Of a stretch of 64,000 nucleotides of DNA, positions 59,112-64,000 are shown piece by piece (position 1 is the stretch's first letter; each line of letters begins with the position of its first letter). The notes beneath the pieces were generated by a model. That model had not been told where the DNA came from, made no database searches, and was given only the letters and a program-made list of their open reading frames with translations. A program made the translations under genes and the position numbers. This DNA is from Candidatus Aenigmatarchaeota archaeon (GTDB lineage: Archaea; Aenigmatarchaeota; Aenigmatarchaeia; QMZP01), in assembly GCA_038999435.1 (NCBI GenBank), contig JAVZYR010000001.1, positions 12,708-76,707 of the forward strand, written 5' to 3'.

Positions 59112-60547
59112 AAATAAAATGTGGTATCGAGATACATCAACAGTTGCTAACTCATAAACTTTTTTGTCCATGCAGTTCAGAAATGGTTGAAAGTGCAGAG
59201 GCTGAGTTTGCAAGAAGGCTAAGGCCTGTACCTGGTGAACTTGGCGATGTCGATGTTGCAGCACAATACGAATTTTTAAGGAACAGGCTCTTCATCTATA
59301 AAACATATCCAAAAGAGAGCTGCCTGGTTGAACTTGATGAAGAACCACCACATGCCATAAATTTTGAAGCTTTGGAAACAGCTATCATGGTCGCCTTGAT
59401 GCTAAAATGCAAAATACCAGATGAGATACATGTTATGAGAAAGATTGTAATTGACGGCTCGGATACAACAGGATTCCAGAGGACAGCACTCGTTGGGATG
59501 GATGGCTGGATAGAAACATCATTTGGAAAGGTTGGGATTACAAATGTCTGTCTCGAGGAAGAATCAGCACAAATATTAGGTAAAGAAGAAGGGGGAAAGA
59601 TTGTTTATGGTTTAAACAGATATGGCATACCACTCATAGAGATAGGCACAAGTGCTGAGATTAAAAACCCTGAACAGGCAAGAGAGGTTGCTGAGAAGAT
59701 TGGTATGATTTTGAGGTCAACGGGAAGGGTGAAAACAGGGCTTGGTACAATAAGACAAGATTTGAACATCTCCATAGATGGTGGTGAAAGGGTTGAGATA
59801 AAAGGTGTGCAATCGCTCAGTGCAATACCAATTGTGCTCGAGCTTGAGGCAAAAAGACAAGAAGCGATCATAAAATCAGGGCAAAAAGTTAAGCCAGAGG
59901 TGAGAAGGGCAAAACCTGATGGCACAACAGAATATCTCAGGCCATTACCTGGCTCAGCGAGGATGTATCCAGAGACAGATTGTCCGCCAATTGTGATAAA
60001 CAGGCAATGGCTTTCTGAAATAGAGCTAAGGCTTCCTGAAATGATTGATGAAAAAGTGAAAAGATATGTAAAGGAATACAAACTAAGTTGGGAGATTGCA
60101 TCACAACTTGTGCATTCTGATATGATTAATCTATTTGAATATCTTGCACAATGGGCAGATCCTCGCCTTGTTGCCTCTGTGCTTACAGGTGTGGTAAAAA
60201 ATCTGAAAAGGGAGGGTATTGCTGTTGAGAGACTTGAGCAAAGGCACTATCAGGTGATATTTGAAGCGGTTAAAGAAGGAAAGATAGCAAAAGAGGCAAT
60301 ACCAGATGTCATTCGCAAGCTTGCGGAAAGGCCTGAAAAGATGGATGAAGTAATAAAAAGTGTATCGGTTTTGGTTGGAGAAGAGGATGTAAGAAATGTT
60401 ATTAAGGATATAATAAAAAGCAAACCAGAGCTAAAATCTATGCCAAATCCATTTCAAGCCTATATGGGCATAATCATGGAAAGATTGAGAGGGAAGGTGC
60501 CAGGTAGTACAATAGCAAAGATATTAAAAGAAGAGCTGGCTTGCTGA
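59105..60547 (+). CDS. gatE: Glu-tRNA(Gln) amidotransferase subunit E (short, lacking insertion domain)
   Basis: G.EIHQQL, DEEPPH, MRK.VIDGS.T.GFQRT, IRQD.N.SI, LRPLPG.ARMYPETD. Confidence 0.96.
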   Translation: MVEIKCGIEIHQQLLTHKLFCPCSSEMVESAEAEFARRLRPVPGELGDVDVAAQYEFLRNRLFIYKTYPKESCLVELDEEPPHAINFEALETAIMVALMLKCKIPDEIHVMRKIVIDGSDTTGFQRTALVGMDGWIETSFGKVGITNVCLEEESAQILGKEEGGKIVYGLNRYGIPLIEIGTSAEIKNPEQAREVAEKIGMILRSTGRVKTGLGTIRQDLNISIDGGERVEIKGVQSLSAIPIVLELEAKRQEAIIKSGQKVKPEVRRAKPDGTTEYLRPLPGSARMYPETDCPPIVINRQWLSEIELRLPEMIDEKVKRYVKEYKLSWEIASQLVHSDMINLFEYLAQWADPRLVASVLTGVVKNLKREGIAVERLEQRHYQVIFEAVKEGKIAKEAIPDVIRKLAERPEKMDEVIKSVSVLVGEEDVRNVIKDIIKSKPELKSMPNPFQAYMGIIMERLRGKVPGSTIAKILKEELAC

Positions 60548-60802
60548 TTTTGTAGGTCTTATTGAGGTAAAGAAAATGTATAAAGTTGCTATATCAACAA
60601 GCACGAATCCTATTATCATTGCAATGCCTTCGACAAATCTGCTTCCTGTTGCTAAGCATTCCTTCCCAAAAACAAAAGAAATACCAGGGCTACTATGAGC
60701 CAAGCAAAGGATGTGTGGTTTGATTGCCGAATCATAGATAAATAGCATAAAGAATACTGAAATGAAAACAATTGCCATTGTACATACAAGCACTATTTTC
60801 AT
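60524..60802 (-). CDS. Small two-TM membrane protein
   Basis: 92 aa, two hydrophobic helices with a Cys pair in the loop. Confidence 0.6.
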   Translation of the reverse strand: MKIVLVCTMAIVFISVFFMLFIYDSAIKPHILCLAHSSPGISFVFGKECLATGSRFVEGIAMIIGFVLVDIATLYIFFTSIRPTKSASQLFF

Positions 60803-60814
60803 TTTATCAAATCA

Positions 60815-60935
60815 TAGCCCCGGGCGGATTCGAATTCGGCAAGGGATACACCTTTCCGCCGTCTGTGGGTCCAGAGCCCACTATGCTTGACCAATATGTG
60901 CTTGCAATTTGTTGCAAGCTCTACACCACGGGGCT
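60815..60935 (-). tRNA. tRNA-Gln(CUG) with two non-canonical introns (15/16, 27 nt at 60894-60920; 53/54, 21 nt at 60835-60855)
   Basis: A1-U72 acceptor AGCCCCG/CGGGGCT, A73; anticodon arm GTGGG-CTCTGGA-CCCAC; T stem GGCGG/CCGCC; removing both BHB-bounded inserts gives a 73-nt cloverleaf. Confidence 0.92.
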
Positions 60936-60968
60936 ATATAATAAATTTAAAGAGAAGAAAAATAAAAT

Positions 60969-62864
60969 ATGAAGATTCTCTTTATACATGCTGATGGGAT
61001 AAAATGGGAATTGAAGAAAAAGGCAATAAAACAGGCAGAAGATGTTTCCAAAACAGAAAAGGCAAAGAATGTAAAAGATTGCCTTGTTTCTTTTATTGCA
61101 GTTGAGGCAGCTGATGAAAGACAACCAAAGGGTGTTTCGCAGAAGGCTGTAAATGAGATTTTAGATGTGTGCAAACAGGTAAAGGCAAAAACAGTTGTGG
61201 TATATCCTTATGCCCATCTCTCTTCAAATCTCGCAACCCCAACCCATGCCTTAAATATTTTAAAAGAGATTGAAACGCAACTCAAAGACAAAAAAGTAAA
61301 AGTATACAGGGCACCTTTTGGATGGTATAAGGGCTTTGAATTAAAATGCAAAGGTCATCCTTTATCAGAGTTGAGCAGGGAATTTGGACCTGCTGAGGTT
61401 GAAGCACTTGTGTCTGAATCACTAAAACAGGAAGAGAAGGTTAAATCAGAATGGTATATTTTAGAACCAAATGGAAAGCTTAATCCCATACAATTGATAG
61501 ATAAAAAGACAGGAAAGATAGAAGGTTTTGATTTTAGCAAATTTCAGAATCTTGAAAAATTCGCTGCATATGAGATGGCAAAATCCAGAATTGTCACACA
61601 GGAACCACCTCACATCAAACTGATGAAAAAATTAGAGATAGCTGACTACGAACCGGGCTCTGACCCAGGCAACATGCGCTGGTATCCAAAAGGCCGTTTG
61701 ATAAAATCCTTGCTTGAAGAATGGGTGACCCAAAAGGTGAAAAAATACGGCGCAATGGAGATTGAAAGCCCTGTGATGTACGATTTTGAACACCCTGCGC
61801 TGAAGGACTATCTGAACAGATTTCCTGCCCGTCAATACATCGTTGAATCAGCAAAGAAGAAATTTTTCTTGCGGTTTTCTGCATGCTTTGGCCAGTTTTT
61901 GATGAATGCAAGTATGAATCTCTCATATCGCCATCTTCCATTAAAGATGTATGAGCTAACAAGATATTCATTCAGATTAGAGAAGGCAGGTGAGCTGACA
62001 GGCTTGAGGAGGCTTCGTGCATTCACAATGCCTGATATGCATACAATATGTACAGACCTTGAGCAAGCAAAGGAGGAATATATAAATCAATTTCAGCTTT
62101 GCATGGAATGCCTTGCTGACTTGGGCTTTTCAGATGGTAGCTATGAAACGGCGATAAGATTTACAAAGGATTTCTGGAGTAAAAACAGAGATTTTGTGCT
62201 AAAATTGGTCAAGCTGCTAAAAAGGCCAGTGCTGATTGAGATGTGGAATTTCAGATATGCATATTTTGACCCAAAATTTGAGTTCAATTTTGTTGATGCG
62301 CTTGATAAGGCTTCTGCCCTCTCAACTGTGCAAATAGATCATGAAAATGCGCAAAGATATGGTGTGAAATATACTGATGCAGATGGCAAGGAGAGATTTC
62401 CAACAATTCTTCATTGTAGCCCATCTGGTGGTCTTGAAAGATGCATATATGCAATGCTTGAGAAGGCATGGAAAACAAACCCAGAAAGGGCTACATTACC
62501 ATTTTGGCTTTCACCTGTACAGATAAGGATATGTCCTGTAAATGACAAATTTGTCAAATTTGCCGAAGAGCTTGCAGAGAGATTTGAAAAAGATAGATTG
62601 AGGGTTGATATAGATGATAGAGCAGAAACCGTTGAGAAAAAAATACGGGATGCAGAGATGGAATGGATACCATTGATAATCGTTGTTGGCGAAAAAGAAA
62701 AAAAGAGCGGAAAGTTGGCTGTAAGATTTAGGGAAACAGGTAAGGTTGAACAGATGGAAGTTGATGATGTTTTAAAATGGGCAAAATCAAAAATCGAAGG
62801 CAAACCATTTAAAACTTTATCTCTACCTAAAATGCTTACAAAACGTCCGATATTTTTTGGATAA
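60969..62864 (+). CDS. thrS: Threonyl-tRNA synthetase (archaeal type with N-terminal editing domain)
   Basis: YPYAHLS, APFGWYK.F...CKGHPLSE, LRF.ACFG, R.FTMPD.H, LHCS.SG..ER. Confidence 0.97.
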   Translation: MKILFIHADGIKWELKKKAIKQAEDVSKTEKAKNVKDCLVSFIAVEAADERQPKGVSQKAVNEILDVCKQVKAKTVVVYPYAHLSSNLATPTHALNILKEIETQLKDKKVKVYRAPFGWYKGFELKCKGHPLSELSREFGPAEVEALVSESLKQEEKVKSEWYILEPNGKLNPIQLIDKKTGKIEGFDFSKFQNLEKFAAYEMAKSRIVTQEPPHIKLMKKLEIADYEPGSDPGNMRWYPKGRLIKSLLEEWVTQKVKKYGAMEIESPVMYDFEHPALKDYLNRFPARQYIVESAKKKFFLRFSACFGQFLMNASMNLSYRHLPLKMYELTRYSFRLEKAGELTGLRRLRAFTMPDMHTICTDLEQAKEEYINQFQLCMECLADLGFSDGSYETAIRFTKDFWSKNRDFVLKLVKLLKRPVLIEMWNFRYAYFDPKFEFNFVDALDKASALSTVQIDHENAQRYGVKYTDADGKERFPTILHCSPSGGLERCIYAMLEKAWKTNPERATLPFWLSPVQIRICPVNDKFVKFAEELAERFEKDRLRVDIDDRAETVEKKIRDAEMEWIPLIIVVGEKEKKSGKLAVRFRETGKVEQMEVDDVLKWAKSKIEGKPFKTLSLPKMLTKRPIFFG

Positions 62865-62913
62865 ATATTTTAGCACTTTTTCTTCTTTTTCTTTTGCATA
62901 TCATCACCTCTGC

Positions 62914-64000
62914 TTATCTTTCTAATATGAAGACTTTTTTATGTCTCTCTTCAGGTATCTTTGCAAGTAGCATACTCTGCCTCTCGGCAATGCCCATTAC
63001 ATTGAGTTCTTCGGTTAGCTTAAGGGACCTTTCTAACTTATAGTTCTTCTCAGCATAGATTTCAAACAGCACATCACCTTCTTTCACATCATCACCAAGC
63101 TTTTTTCTCAAAATTATACCTGCACCCTTATCAGCAGGGGCACCTGCCTCTCTTGCTATGGTTGCAATTGCATGATTATTTATCCACAGAACCCTCCCTT
63201 TAGCAACAGATTTTATTTTTGCGCACTTGTCACCGATCGGTATTTCGTCAGGTTTTATCTTAGAATCACCACCTTGTGCTTCTATTATTTCTCTTAGCTT
63301 TTTTTCTGCTTTACCAGACTTTATTATTTGTCTCACTTTTTCTCTCGCATTTCTTATACCTTTGAATTCTAATAAAGCAGAAGCAATTTCTGTTACTTTA
63401 TCGATAAGGTCGAATGGTTGTTTTCCGATATTCATCAATGTTTCAAGTGCCTCTCTTGCTTCAAGGGCAGGTCCTATACAATATCCAAGAGGTTGCTCTC
63501 CAAAGGTTGAGATGCATTTCGTGTTTATATCAAGACGTTTTCCAAGTTCTATGAATTGGCCTGCAAGCTCGTTTGCTTCGCCAATGGTTTTTATTTTTGC
63601 GCCCCTTCCTGTTGGGATGTCAATCACAAGATATTTTGCTTGTACAGCCTTTTTTTTCGACATCACAGATGGCAAAAGTAAAGGGTCTATTGCAAGAGGA
63701 TATTCTATCTGTATCAGTATATCATCAGCAGGTGCAAGCTCAACAGCACCACCCCATACAAGGCAACCATTTGTATGCTCAACAACCCGTTTTATCTCTT
63801 CCATTTCAAGTTCAACCGGTGCCAAGCATTCCATTCTATCTGCAGTACCTGCTGCAGATGTGATTGAACGGGATGATGTTTTAGGGATAATAAGGCCTGC
63901 TGATGCAATGATTGGAACTAACAATATTGATGTTTTGTCCCCAGGCACACCCCCGATGCTATGCTTGTCAAAAACAGGACCTGTTTTAAGCTTCAATACC
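62914..64000 (-). CDS. deoA: AMP phosphorylase (thymidine phosphorylase family), 5'-truncated by window end
   Basis: DKHSIGGVPG.K, PKTSSR.ITS.AGTAD, QPLG..IGP.LEA, AR.AGAP.DKGAG. Confidence 0.92.
   Translation of the reverse strand, partial: VLKLKTGPVFDKHSIGGVPGDKTSILLVPIIASAGLIIPKTSSRSITSAAGTADRMECLAPVELEMEEIKRVVEHTNGCLVWGGAVELAPADDILIQIEYPLAIDPLLLPSVMSKKKAVQAKYLVIDIPTGRGAKIKTIGEANELAGQFIELGKRLDINTKCISTFGEQPLGYCIGPALEAREALETLMNIGKQPFDLIDKVTEIASALLEFKGIRNAREKVRQIIKSGKAEKKLREIIEAQGGDSKIKPDEIPIGDKCAKIKSVAKGRVLWINNHAIATIAREAGAPADKGAGIILRKKLGDDVKEGDVLFEIYAEKNYKLERSLKLTEELNVMGIAERQSMLLAKIPEERHKKVFILER

Noticed and set aside
60772..60972. 66-aa plus-strand ORF and 54101..54286 ORF
   Set aside because: They overlap intron-containing tRNA genes on the opposite strand

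Overview
Gene-dense, AT-rich archaeal chromosomal segment. Gene content and style suggest a DPANN lineage, possibly Aenigmarchaeota-like (inference): divergent ribosomal proteins, mostly leaderless genes, an AMP phosphorylase and Cys-rich surface proteins. Most of the window is housekeeping: Lhr helicase and metallophosphoesterase, topo VI A/B, topo IA, histone, MC1, a rearranged ribosomal superoperon with NusA and RpoD, Cdc48, IMPDH, MCM, GluRS, EF-1alpha, RqcH, GatDE, ThrRS, an ABC exporter and type IV pilus parts. The best candidate for an undescribed system is a five-gene surface locus at 9486-14480. It encodes a beta-helix adhesin whose C-terminal domain is a close paralog of a small, strongly expressed subunit, a 64-aa membrane peptide carrying only two donor-strand-like segments, a membrane-anchored Ig-like partner and a minor subunit. 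This resembles a WxL/TasA-like donor-strand filament system. Other highlights: two tRNA genes with two introns each (three at non-canonical sites), an unannotated 18-aa hyperacidic micropeptide with its own promoter and SD, a Nal1-like protease preceded by a free-standing copy of its N-terminal domain, and a single inversion that explains part of the ribosomal operon order. All calls come from reading the sequence; no searches were run.
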